A stretch of DNA of 64,000 nucleotides from Ranitomeya imitator. Taxonomy: Eukaryota. Below, one piece after another: positions 37,920 through 50,192 of this stretch. The first letter of the stretch is position 1. Each line of letters opens with the position of its first letter. The translations under genes were made by a program, and so were the position numbers. A model generated the notes under the pieces. The model was not told the origin of the DNA, ran no database searches, and saw only the letters and a program-made list of their open reading frames with translations. The DNA is taken from the NCBI RefSeq assembly GCF_032444005.1, contig NC_091283.1, forward strand, positions 178,808,001 to 178,872,000, read 5' to 3'.

Positions 37920-38457
37920 GGAGCCCAAACACTAGGGAAATGGGGGAGTGAAGACCCCTAGGCAGATCTAAAGTCACCCTGTCTGCCCTAAACGTCCCTA
38001 TATAGGTTCTGCACCTATCGCTGAGCAGGAACCTAATCCCTGCCTGACCCTAGCGATAGGCCCTGGTTAGGGAGAGGACAGGGTGTGCACTAGTCAATCC
38101 CCAATACAACTAGAGACAGAGGGATGACAAACGAGGGGAACACTTAGCTTGAAAATACAACCGAGATGTCACGCCAGAAATACTCCGAGTCTTCTGATAA
38201 GGCACTAACCGACTGTCTACTTCTAACTAGACAGAGACAAGTATGAGCTAACACCAGCAACATGCTGCAGACGCTGAATGAATTTAAGCCTTCCGCCAGG
38301 TGTTTAATTAGCAGCAGAAGGTGGAGGTAACTTTTGGGTCCTAAAGGGAGAGGGATATCGCTCCACAACAGAGATAAAAAAAAATTCAAGAAGGAGCTTG
38401 AGCTAATCGCAAAGACCTTCTACAGCTGGATCCAGGATGACTGACACACCCGTGACA
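37920..38457. mobile_element. LTR-like fragment
   Basis: Ends ...CACACCCGTGACA like the 23347-24773 LTR and has similar composition. 5' end and TSD not found. Confidence 0.4.
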
Positions 38458-38639
38458 GATACTAAGGGGACGTGGGAGTTTTTCCCTTTCTGTATTTAGT
38501 ATTAAAATGAAACTGAACCTTTAACAAACTTTGCATAAATCAATATTACATGCTATTTTAAGAAGCTTTGTAATATTCATTACCTGGTACTTTGTGTTTT
38601 CTAACTGTTTAAGAAGGATAATGGATGGTTTGAAAACCC

Positions 38640-39906
38640 TTGTGCAAGTATGTTAGCACAGCTGAAAACAGTTTGACTGATTAGAGAACCTATAAACCTG
38701 ACCTTCCTTTGAGCTAGTTGAGAATCTGGAGCATTACATTTGTTGGATCCATTAAACTCTCAAAATGGCCACAAAAAAAAGTTTCATGTGAAACTTGACA
38801 GTCTATTCTTGTTCTTAGAAATGAAGGCTATTCCATGCGAGAAATTGCCAAGAAACTGAAGATTTCCTACAACGGTGTGTACTACTCCCTTCAGAGGAGA
38901 GCACAAACCGGCTCTAACCAGAGTAGAAAGAGAAGTGGGAGGCCCCGCTGCACAACTGAGCACCAAGCACATTAGAGTCTGTAGTTTGAGAAATTGACGC
39001 CTCACAGGTCCTCAACTGGCAGCTTCATTAAGTAGTACGCGCAAAACGCCAGTGTCAACGTCTACAGTGAAGAGGCGACTCCGGGATGCTGGCCTTCTGG
39101 GCAGAGTGGCAAAGAAAATGCCATATCTGAGACTGGCTAATAAAAGGAAAAGATTAATATGAGCAAAATAACACAGATATTGGACAGAGGAAGTTTGGAA
39201 AAAATGTTATGGACAGATGAATCCAAGTTTGAGGTGTTTGGATCACACCGAAGAATATTTGTGAGTCGCAGAACAGCTGAAATGTGATAGTCTGGGGTTG
39301 CTTTGATGCTGGTAACGTGGGAGATTTGTACAAGGTAAGAAGGATATTGAATAAGGAAGGCTATCACTCCATTTTGCAACGCCATGCTATACCTGTGGAC
39401 AGTGCTTGATTGGAGCCAATTTCATCCTACAACAGGACAATGACCCAAAGCACACCTCCAAATTATGCAAGAACTATTTAGGGAAGAAGCAGGCAGCTGG
39501 TATTCTATCTGTAATGGAGCGGCCAACGCAGTCACCAGATCTCAGCCCCATTGAGCTGTTGTGGGAGCAGCTTAGCCGTGTGGTGCAAAAAGTGCCCCTC
39601 AAGCCAAACCAACTTGTGGATAGGCTTCTGGAAGCATGGGGTGAAATTTCTCTAGATTACCTCTGCAAATTAACTGCTAGAATGCCAAAGGTCTGCAATG
39701 CTGGAATTGCTGCAAATGGAGCATTCTTTGACAAAAGCAAAGTTTGAAGGAGAAAATTATTTCAAATAAAAATCTTTTTTTCGAACCTTGTCAATGTCTG
39801 GACTAGATTTTCAATTCATTTGGCAACTCATTTGATTAATAAAAGTATGAGTTTTCATGGAAAACACAAAATTGTCTGGGTGACCCTAAACTTTTGAACA
39901 GTAGTG
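38640..39906 (+). mobile_element. Decayed Tc1 (third family)
   Basis: ILVLRNEGYSMREIAKKLKISYNGVYYSLQR, WTDESKFEVFG, LQQDNDPKHTS, QSPDLSPIELLW. Right end ...CTTTTGAACAGTAGTG|TA. Frameshifted. Confidence 0.88.
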
Positions 39907-41202
39907 TATCTTATCAGAGAAATCTGATTTCCCACTTATCTGTCTCTTCTACTCTTCTCTGCTGAACTTATCATCCACTCTGAAAAACCAGCTCAAATCT
40001 GAAGTCGAAATACCAGTCAACCGTGGTGTTATGTGACACAGCCCATTATACTATGTGGAGAGCAGGACAGAGAAGCAGAAGGTGGAGATAGGGTAGAGAA
40101 GGAGACACAAGCTTTCTAACAAGTCTTTTACCTCACATGAGAGCTTGATTCACATCCACACATGTCAGTATTTTAGTATAATGTCCTCCCTACCCTTTTA
40201 TTTCTCTCTGGGTGCTAAAAAGGGAGGAAGAACAACAATCAATGTGTGTTGTGCATCTCAGAGATCACAGCGGCTAGTCTACCACAAGATCAGAATGGAT
40301 TGCAAATTAAGAGAGTGCATACCCCTTTAAACTGAAATCTGATGTGGCCATAAACATATTGATACAGGGCTGTTACTAGCTATTTTTCAGGACTTTGATA
40401 TTGATGGCATATTAAAGCGGAGAACATGTGATTTTCAGTGGTGGATGTCAAACTGTCGGACCCTGTAGATCACCAGAAGGCAGGAACCAGCAAGAGCCTC
40501 ATCCCCTTCGTTGTATAGGTCACGTCTGCACCGTTTTGCTAATATCTCCAATGAAAATTACCGCCGTTATCTTGGCAAGATTGTGAGCAGACACTTTAAT
40601 GGTTGTTTATGCCAATAATCTCTTCTATGGTTATATTTACTTGTCAGGATTGATTATTAATGCTCTAATTAATGTCTGATAGGAGCTGAAAGCATGACAC
40701 ACAATTAAACTGCAATTGTCGCCTTGGATTTGAAGCATTATACATCAGGAATCATTTCTCTGAAACTTCTTCATGGATCTCATTTAATTTGTAATATACT
40801 AGTGATTCCAATTAATCCATACCACAAAAAACCACCATAAATCCAGGGCATCTGAACTAGGAAATACTATCACAACGCTGAAAAAGACCAGTATATAATG
40901 CCAGTATCAAAAAACATGAAATTTTATTAAACATAAATACACAGATTAAAATCACAAAGCAAGGTAACTACAACGAAAGCAGGGATCAAGCCACTCTTAG
41001 TATATAACTGATACCAGATCTAGTAAAGTGCCTACAGTACTAATAGTTTACAAAAAAACTTGTGTCCGCAATGCTAAAAACTATCCAGTGTAGGGGCACC
41101 ATATATAGCCCTAGTAACTAACTAATAGCATTGACATAAAGAGAACACACATAACATAAGTAGGCACTTACATATAATCCTATCTTTGTGTGGCGTCCCT
41201 GC

Positions 41203-41239
41203 CGCCCCAATGCACGTTTCGCTTCTTCGTCAGGAGGCG
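41203..41239 (-). ncRNA. Minimal hammerhead ribozyme motif in the sense pLTR (one helix III mismatch)
   Basis: CGCCTC-CTGACGA-AGAAGC-GAAA-CGTGCA-TT-GGGGCG. G16.2 is changed to A relative to the other copy. Confidence 0.55.
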
Positions 41240-41805
41240 TGCGTTGGGGAGGGGTGGACCTGTTTTTAAAGCACAGCCAGCCAATCATCTATCTATGCCG
41301 CGTAACTCCGGTGCGACCGCACAGCTGCTATGAGCCCGTCTGAGAGTCTGTTTCCGGGATTCCGATTGCGCACGCGCCGCCGACACCACTCGTCACTGAG
41401 ACGCATGGGTTCGCGGCCGTGGAGCGCAAGCCAACATGGTCCGTCACAGCGTGACGGCGCATGCGCGAGTCTCCAAATGGCCACTCCTCCAGGCATCTGA
41501 GAGCGGGGCAACCACGCGTGCGCTGAAACTCCGCAACCAGAACGTGAGTAAGTGAAAATGAACATACAACAACATCAATACGATACTGCAACATCTGTGT
41601 CGTGTGATTTATCAAAAGGTTATATACACAAACTTCCAGATGAGTACATATAAACTACATTTTAATGAAACAAAGTGCATAGTGCAGAAAGTGCCCTACA
41701 TGTATATATTACAACATACTGACAACTACCTATTGCTACTCAAATTGCCAAAGAAAAATTGCTAATAATAAAAGGTTGTATACACAAACTTCTAAATGAG
41801 TACAT

Positions 41806-42320
41806 GCCTCTTTCACACTTCAGTTATTTGGCGTCAGTCTAAAACCGCCATTTTCGTCAAATAACGGATCCGTCATTTTTTTTGACGGATCCGTTATTTT
41901 CCCATAGACTTGCATTAGTGACGGATTGTGACGGATGGTCGTCCGTTCCATCCGCCATGCGACGGATCCGTCGAAATTTGGCGGACGTTTTCTGAAAATA
42001 GACGGACATTGTAACGTTTTTTGTCAACGCCGAAATGGCGGATCGCGACGGATCCATCGCGTCCGCCATTCCATAGAATGGGCGCCTATGGGCGACGGAT
42101 CCGCCGCAACCGTTTTTTCGGCGGATCCGTCGCCCCAATCCGTTTTTTCAATTGCGCATGCTCCAAAAAGTAGATACTTCTCCCAGACAACCCCCAAGTA
42201 ACTGATCCGTCAAAAAAACGGATCCGTTAGAACCGTTTTCGCAACAATTGTGACGGATCCGTCAATCCGTCACTATGTCGGTAGTGACTGACGCCAAATA
42301 ACTGAAGTGTGAAAGAGGCC
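41806..42320. mobile_element. Harbinger-type palindromic MITE inside the PLE 3' spacer
   Basis: GCCTCTTTCACACTTCAGTTATTTGGCGTCAGTC...GACTGACGCCAAATAACTGAAGTGTGAAAGAGGC. It interrupts the second copy of a ~156-bp duplication. Confidence 0.85.
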
Positions 42321-42934
42321 TACCCTGCATTTTAATGAAACAAAGTGTATAGTGCAAAAAGTGCCCTGCATATATATATTACAAACTACTGATAACTAAC
42401 TATTGCTGTTCAAATTGCCAAAGCAAGGATGCCAATACACTAAAAACCCCCCGAAACAGAATTTGTTAATATATGCATAATTGAACCCAAAAATATGAGT
42501 CCAATTACATACCCATACTACATACATAATAATGAACAATTATTATATTAAGTGGAAAAAATTGTTGTGAAACACCAGTAGGTCATTACTATGCCCCTAC
42601 ACCAAGACATAATGACATGACATCAACATAGTAATTGTACACATGTTAAGTGCAGAGTGTATACACGTTCATGTTTTGGTGTCCATTCTAATCAAATTAT
42701 TCAGAAATCTTTCGGATACTCCTCCCAGGTAGACAAGCAGCACAGATATATTCAAAGAGTACGATAACGACGATCGGGCCCCGCCATACTTCATTTCTCC
42801 AGATAAATAATTTAAACTACTACGAAACTAGAGTAAAAGAAAAACAAAATTAATAATCACACCATTAAAAACATAAGAACATAACAAAACATAAACCACC
42901 CCCCCCCCCAACCCACTAAAATCCAAATACCAAT

Positions 42935-44131
42935 TCAGAGAAAAGAACTAAAACCAAAGTTCTCGTTGAGGCCTAATGGTGCAACTGTCTGGAGCCGGTA
43001 AATCCACCTGCTCTCGATTTGCGCAAGTTTCTTAAACAGATCCCCTCCTCTCTGTCCCATTGATACCTGATCAATAGCCTTCAGAATGTGTTTACTGGCA
43101 TCAGAGTTGTGGCACTCCTTAAAATGTTTTGGCAGGGTTTTTAGGGGTTCATCGGGACGCATTGTCTTGGACTTCTCAATGTCCCTTATGTGCTCCCTAA
43201 CCCTGATTTTAAATTCTCTGGTAGTCATGCCAATATAGATCTTTGCACACGGGCATTGGGCATAATATATAACTCCAGAGGATGAACAGGTTAGTCTGTG
43301 CCAGATTTTAAAGCTGCGTGTACCCTCGGAATTACTGAACTCCTTAGATTTTACTAAGTTCCTACACGCTTTGCACAACCCACAAGGAAAAAAACCTTGT
43401 GAAAAATTCTGCACCGTAACATTAGTACTGTTGGCCATGGGAGCATAATGGCTCTGAACCAGGAAATCCCGAAGGTTTCTACTTCTTTTTGCCGTTATTA
43501 GTGGCCTTGCTGGAATTTCTTTACATAAAATGGGATCCATTTCTAACACTCTCCAGTGTCTTTTAAAGATGTCAGTCAATTGATCCCATTGATTATTGTA
43601 TGTCGTTATTAATCGAATCTGTTGGGACTCACCATTTTGCCGTACAGAAGGTTTATAGAGCAAGTCATCCCTCGAAGCTTCTTTTGCCCTGTGGTAGCCA
43701 TGGCGAATAGAGCGATGGCTATAACCTCTTTCCCGGAACCTGGAATACAAGTCCCTTGATTGCTTCTGAAAATCTCTTTCCGTAGAACATATCCTTTTAA
43801 TCCTAAGGTGTTGCCCAATAGGAATTCCTCGGATTGTTGATTGTAGATGGGATGATTTCGCATGGAGTAGAGTGTTCGTGGCCGTTGGTTTGCGATACAC
43901 ATCCGTGTATACCACTCCATCTTCAGTCACCTGTATATCAACATCCAAGAAATTCACATGGCGGCCATATTGATAGGTGAGCTTAATGTTTATATTGTTG
44001 TCATTTAGATCATCCATCAGACATTTCAATTCACCTATGGAGCCCTCCCAGACAAACCATATGTCATCGATATATCGAATCCAATGATGTATTTTGTCAC
44101 TGTGTCTGGGAGGGTTACTTTGACGGACCAT
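42935..44131 (-). CDS. PLE RT C-terminal part plus Zn finger and GIY-YIG endonuclease (5'-truncated; the ATG comes from the inverted pLTR)
   Basis: WIRYIDDIWFVW, FLDVDI, VYRKPTATNTLLHAKSSH, CGLCKAC, VIYYAQCPCAKIYIGMTTREFKIRVREH, ESRWIYRLQTVAPLGLNE. Open for 398 codons. Confidence 0.92.
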   Translation of the reverse strand: MVRQSNPPRHSDKIHHWIRYIDDIWFVWEGSIGELKCLMDDLNDNNINIKLTYQYGRHVNFLDVDIQVTEDGVVYTDVYRKPTATNTLLHAKSSHLQSTIRGIPIGQHLRIKRICSTERDFQKQSRDLYSRFRERGYSHRSIRHGYHRAKEASRDDLLYKPSVRQNGESQQIRLITTYNNQWDQLTDIFKRHWRVLEMDPILCKEIPARPLITAKRSRNLRDFLVQSHYAPMANSTNVTVQNFSQGFFPCGLCKACRNLVKSKEFSNSEGTRSFKIWHRLTCSSSGVIYYAQCPCAKIYIGMTTREFKIRVREHIRDIEKSKTMRPDEPLKTLPKHFKECHNSDASKHILKAIDQVSMGQRGGDLFKKLAQIESRWIYRLQTVAPLGLNENFGFSSFL

Positions 44132-44327
44132 GTTGGCTTGCGCTCCACGGCCGCGAACCCATGCATCTCAGTGACGAGTGGTGTCGGCGGCGCGTGCGCA
44201 ATCGGAATCCCGGAAACAGACTCTCAGACGGGCTCATAGCAGCTGTGCGGTCGCACCGGAGTTACGCGGCATAGATAGATGATTGGCTGGCTGTGCTTTA
44301 AAAACAGGTCCACCCCTCCCCAACGCA

Positions 44328-44364
44328 CGCCTCCTGACGAAGAAGCGAAACGTGCGTTGGGGCG
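44328..44364 (+). ncRNA. Minimal type I hammerhead ribozyme motif in the inverted pLTR
   Basis: Helix I CGCCTC/GGGGCG, core CTGACGA...GAAA, minimal helix II, quasi-palindromic helix III AACGTGCGTT, GUU cleavage triplet. Confidence 0.7.
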
Positions 44365-47103
44365 GCAGGGACGCCACACAAAGATAGGATTATATGTAAG
44401 TGCCTACTTATGTTATGTGTGTTCTCTTTATGTCAATGCTATTAGTTAGTTACTAGGGCTATATATGGTGCCCCTACACTGGATAGTTTTTAGCATTGCG
44501 GACACAAGTTTTTTTGTAAACTATTAGTACTGTAGGCACTTTACTAGATCTGGTATCAGTTATATACTAAGAGTGGCTTGATCCCTGCTTTCGTTGTAGT
44601 TACCTTGCTTTGTGATTTTAATCTGTATTTATGTTTAATAAAATTTCATGTTTTTTGATACTGGCATTATATACTGGTCTTTTTCAGCGTTGTGATTCCA
44701 ATTAATGTACCTTTTTTTTATGTCCCATAATTACCGAGGAACCCTAAAAAATGTAATAAAGTGAAGTATTTTATCCGTAGTATTGCAATATTATACCGTA
44801 TCACCTGTACTAAAGAGAAACCTCTGTTCCTGAATATCTACACTGCTTAGGCCGGTATCCTACATCCCCACAGCCTGGATGCCCGGACTGGCTGTCGGTC
44901 TCATGGCCCAAACTTGACAGCCTCCAATGTGCCTATTTGGGTTTGGGTCAGACTACTGGAGATCCTCAGAATGGGATCCTGGAGTTCTAAGAACGGGGCT
45001 CCTGTCCAGAATGGAGTGGGGATGTGAATACCCAGCCTCCACTCCATTCATTGTCTATGGCACTGGGGAGCAGAGTGCTCTGCTATTTCTATCACTCTCA
45101 TACAGTCCATTCAGGTCAGACCACCAGCAATCTGAAAGTTATCTTTTGTTTTTTTTACCCTTTATGCTCTTGATACAGCTTTTACCCCCCATCAATGTTT
45201 GATTGCAAAGCCTTCCAGCAGTCAGAGAGATGGCAAGTTTCACATGAGTATTTTTAATTTCCTTTTGTTCGTATGTTGGAAGGAAAAAAACAAAATTAAG
45301 CCTTTTAGACAACATAAAGGCTCTGAGCTCTTATACAGCAGAGATGAACGACTTCATTGTCGGAGAAATAAATTAAAAGTATTCTGGAGGCGAAAATCAT
45401 TTTTTACTGCAGTTTTGAGAAAAGGCTTACTTTTATGAATTCAGTAGGGGAGCATTTCAGGAACCAAGACAGTGACTAATGGGCTGCCCAATTATTATAT
45501 TATAGAGAGCAGGTACACGTTTGTATGGGTGCAATCAGAATTTGTGAACAGATGAGTCCTGCATTCAGAGGAAATAAAAAATGACCCTAGGCCCTCGTAC
45601 TGCTGTCATCATCCAGAGCCGTAGGTCGGGGTACGGTGCTCACTGTGATGCTACACTTCGGAGACCCCCTCTTCTAGAGTTCTCCCCACTTCTATTGACG
45701 CTGTGTTACTTCACGGCTTTGGATAATTTGGAGGTTGTATGGACTGTAGTTGTAACACAACCTTGTGTATGTTTTTCATATTTTGTAAGCCAAAATTTGG
45801 GATCACTGTGCTTTTTTATTTTTTTTTTTTGTTTGAAAAAGCAAGTGCAGTTATATTTAGACTTTCTCCGCCATTTGTGCTCCTGCCTTCCTGTGTATTG
45901 GACAGGAAGGAGCTGACAGGTATATTGGCTCCTTTTTGTAGCCAGTCTCGCTAATAGTCTTCCTGCCACCCACTCGTACCTCTCTCTGACAGGGCAGTTA
46001 CTACAGACAATGCCTCACTCTCTGTGCTAAATATATCATGTGCTTTTTTTTACCTTTGTTTGTTGCATAGCTGACCCTAGTGTCAAAATGACATTGTGAC
46101 CATACAAAACCAGAAGGGGAGTATTCTCCTATTCCAACCTCTTGTTTTTCCTCATCCTAGAAGAGCGTCCTATAAAGCTTCGTCCTGTGATCTTTCCATT
46201 ATAGAAAATTTAGGAAGAGGCCATCAGAGAGGAGCGAGGGGGTAAGTGCAGCGCTCACAGAGCCCTTGTTACATTTGCCACATACCACACGGTCTGGATG
46301 CTTTCTACACAGACAATAGAGCATTTGTTACAGATGGAAAGAAAGCAAATCTTACATTTGCCAGTTACGACCAATTATCTCACGAGACGGAGATTGTTCC
46401 TGTTCTGTTTTATAGTTGGCATTCGCTTCTATAATTATAGATTTCACTTGCCATCTCTTTGTATAATGATTGCACTGCAGAAAAGGGCAATTTGTGAGCT
46501 CATCCTCTCCACAACATTTCTATAAATGTTCAGCAGACGACCGTTTTTTACTCCACTCCCACCATAAACATGTATGCTTAGCATGTGGTCAGCTGAAATG
46601 GGATTTACAGAAAAAAACAAAGCAACAGAGCGCAGGGAACGGGTTGATCAAATTGTAAAAAAAAAAAACAACAACCCTATATTCTCCTCTGTAATTCTCT
46701 GCCACTTTGGAGGCATTGGCCATTGTCTGCTCACTTTTTCCTGCAGTGATTATGTGGTGTATATTAATTATGTGAGCGCTGCAGTCAATCACTTCCCTTA
46801 GCGGTGATGCTGGCATGTAACCGATGAGGCCAGAGATTGAATATAGCAGACACACAAATGTTGTATGGCATGTTCATGCTTCAGGACCTGACCGTAGCAT
46901 AGGGGAATTTAACAAGTGAGCATTTTCTTTTTTAATTTATACTATTTTCTGCAATTTTCTAAAATGGATTGTTTGTGATTTTTAAGTCGAGTGCTTCAGT
47001 AAAAGAGCTGTCTAATTTTGTGTTTTCAAGAGCATACCCCTCCTTTGCTGCCCTTATTGTATGCCAAGGGACAGTGGGCTCCTTATGGTTGACAGCTCAG
47101 ACC

Positions 47104-47823
47104 AGCATCACTATAGATTGTAGAGGGAGCTGGCAATGAGCCTCATCGGGATTGGTTGCAGAGGGAGCCGGCAATGAGCAGCATCACTGATGGATTGCAG
47201 AGGGAGCCGGCAATGAGCAGCATCGCTGATAGATTACAGAGGGAGCCGGCAATGAGCAGCATCGCTGATAGATTACAGAGGGAGCCGGCAATGAGCAGCA
47301 TCGCTGATAGATTACAGAGGGAGCCGGCAATGAGCAGCATCGCTGATAGATTACAGAGGGAGCCGGCAATGAGCAGCATCGCTGATAGATTACAGAGGGA
47401 GCCGGCAATGAGCAGCATCGCTGATAGATTACAGAGGGAGCCGGCAATGAGCAGCATCGCTGATAGATTACAGAGGGAGCCGGCAATGAGCAGCATCGCT
47501 GATAGATTACAGAGGGAGCCGGCAATGAGCAGCATCGCTGATAGATTACAGAGGGAGCCGGCAATGAGCAGCATCGCTGATAGATTAGAGGGAGCCGGCA
47601 ATGAGCAGCATCGCTGATAGATTACAGAGGGAGCCGGCAATGAGCAGCATCGCTGATGGATTACAGAGGGAGCCGCAATGAGCAGCATCGCTGATAGATT
47701 ACAGAGGGAGCCGGCAATGAGCAGCATCGCTGATAGATTACAGAGGGAGCCGGCAATGAGCAGCATCGCTGATAGATTACAGAGGGAGCCGGCAATGAGC
47801 AGCATCGCTGATAGATTACAGAG
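47104..47823. repeat. 39-bp minisatellite, about 18 copies
   Basis: Unit TTACAGAGGGAGCCGGCAATGAGCAGCATCGCTGATAGA. Small deletions near 47588 and 47675. Confidence 0.97.
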
Positions 47824-49749
47824 CAGTAGAATTAAAAACCTTCATTTTTGACAATAGTGAAACATTAATAAGTAAATTTAAGTGTTTTTTTTGTTTTGTT
47901 TTTTGTTTTTCTACAAGCAATTTTCAGTTGGACCCATTTTATTTTAGGAGCTAAGCTAATCCCTTTAAAATGTTTTCTCTTTAAAAACAAATCTAGTTTA
48001 TAAAGATGTTATCACATTGTCCAACATAGGAAAACAAGCGGCTTGTGTTTTTCTCATAGACGTCCTGCCAAAAACCCTCTATCTGTGCATGGCTTACAAC
48101 TGTATTCTCTTTGGCCCTGTCACTCTGGAACAGAGGTACTTGAAAAGCAGTTGTGATTTTACACATAGGAGAGAGAAAATGACTTAAGATCTGTATTTAA
48201 ATGGCTTCTATCTGTCACTTGCTGCCAGAGGATCAGATCTCCTCTCCAACATTGAAGTCTACAGGGACGGACAGCTGTTATATTGGTGAGACAGGGCAGG
48301 AAAAGGCTGCATGGCTTAATAACCCGCTACTGAGGGACCCCGAGGCCAAAGCCCTCTGTCTGGATAGAGCTTCACTTTTAACGCTTTACAACCTACACTG
48401 TACAGCTTGAGATATGAAGTAATTAACGCACTTTATTCTTGGATCCTCTGACAAAACTTATTACAATACTAGACTTGTATGTCATGATCAGTGACACACT
48501 AAGTTCTGTATAGAAATCTCCCAAACTTTAACCTCTTAGGGCCTGAGAGTTTTTTTGCTCTTTGTTTTTCTTCTTGCCCTTTACCAAGAGCTACAACTTT
48601 ATTTTATATTTTTCTAGTTGCCATATAATAATAATAATAATAATTCAAAATAAAAAAAAAACCAAGCAAACTGTGAAATGATAAATAATCCAACTATTTT
48701 TTTTTTTTCTTGGTGAGGCTGTTTTTCTGGTATTCAGTGTGTAATAAAATTCACGTAGTAGCATGACTCTCCACATCAGTATGATTACATCAAATTTTGG
48801 GGGACGCTCACCTTATTAAATAAATATTTTTAATATTTCATTAGCTCAGGCGGTTATGCAGACGCATTAACAATTATGCTATCTTTTACATTTTGCTATT
48901 TCCGTTGGAGGAAAGAGAGAGTAACCTTTAGCGTTTTATATTTTGAGGGTTTTATATATTATGTTCATTTTTTTTTAGATTTTTAATTAGTAGTTTTAGG
49001 GGACCTTGAATCTACGATTTGCTGATCCTCTATGCAATACATTTCAATGCCACAATACTATACATTGTCTGTGTGCTCAATGCAGTTTGAGTGACACACC
49101 TGCTAATAGCACCTCACCCTCCAGCAAAACATACATCTAGAAAGGAGGTAGTTGTCCCGACCTGCAGATATGATCTCACTGAAAGGCGTTCTGTCAGTCC
49201 AACTTCCATGGGTGGAAATTGGAGTTTCAAATGCAGCATATGCCGCCAATGCTTCACACGGCACGGTGGGCTGCAGGATGCCTCCGTTTTGGACTTGTAG
49301 GAGCTTTAAACATATTAAATGGCAATGGAGGCTTTGTAGGTGCTTTCGTTCTGCAAAAGAGACTATGTGCGTGTACAGGTAAGGGAACACGGTAGCTTTC
49401 TCGAATACTTTCTTATGATACTTAGCTGTTTTATGCAACAATTTTTATAGGAAATCAGCCTAGTTGGCATTCGGGCCCCAATACAGAATTAGTAGCAGGG
49501 CCCTCTCTTGCCTCCTTAACCCCTTACCCCCTCTTGCTATCTACCATTTATTATACTGATGGTTTTTTTTTCATTCAGCCTCTTTAACCCCTTCCAATAT
49601 GTGTATTGAGCAAGCTCAGGAGCTGAACCAACTCTATACTCAGCAGATGGCAGCTGTGTTATACATTCAGCACCTGCCGCTAACAGAAGGAACCAGAGCT
49701 AGCTCTGATCGCTGCTGTTTAACCCTTTAAAATGCCTTAATCTGTCTCT

Positions 49750-50192
49750 AGAAGAAGAAAATCTGGAGAGCAAATAAAGCGCAAATAGGGTGTTAACTGG
49801 TTAAAAACATGGGGTGCATCGGGGAGAGGTACGCTTACTTTGTTTTGTTGCAACTAAGCAACATGTAAAAAGCATGGATCCGCTGCTGCAGGACACGGGT
49901 CCAGAGACCGAGGACAATGGTGGAACAGGATGTTTGTGTCCAAATCTGCGCTGCTGATAAAGATGAATGAATGGTGGACAGTATTCTTCAAAGCTTTATT
50001 TCAAACAGGTTAATATTCAACGTGTTTCGAGGTCATGTGTTACCCAGTAAGGTTTTGTCCTGAGGAAGAGGTCCTGCATAACCTCGAAACATGTTGACTA
50101 TTAACCTGTTTTAAATAAAGCTTTGAAGAATATTGTCCGCCATTCATCTTTATCAGCTGCGCAGATTTGGACACATACACCCTGTTCCAACA
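49750..50192. mobile_element. Short fold-back Penelope-like insertion D (13-bp TSD, 1 mismatch)
   Basis: TTAATCTGTCTCT at 49737-49749 vs TTAGTCTGTCTCT at 50193-50205. Imperfect ~110-bp arms at 49921-50033 / 50081-50189, with AATAAA in the arm. Confidence 0.7.
50057..50098 (+). ncRNA. Type I hammerhead ribozyme motif
   Basis: GTC-CTGAGGA-A-GAGGT(CCTGCATA)ACCTC-GAAA-CATG-TT-GAC: 3-bp helix I, intact core, 5-bp helix II, palindromic helix III AACATGTT, GUU site. Confidence 0.7.

Larger units (their letters stand above)
40817..44696 (-). mobile_element. Penelope-like element (Neptune-like), 5'-truncated with inverted pLTR
   Basis: RT/GIY-YIG ORF. Near-identical inverted arms at 40869-41446 / 44121-44696. 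Direct repeat GTGATTCCAATTAAT at 40802-40816 and 44692-44706 (TSD, partly overlapping the arm). Confidence 0.93.

Noticed and set aside
44121-44131. ATG at 44131 as the genuine PLE start codon
   Set aside because: It lies within the inverted pLTR copy, and the N-terminal RT motifs are missing, so the ORF is a truncation fusion.
47143-47805. Repeat ORFs of 126-220 aa as real proteins
   Set aside because: They are by-products of a 39-bp stop-free unit, appear on both strands, and are broken by indels within the array.
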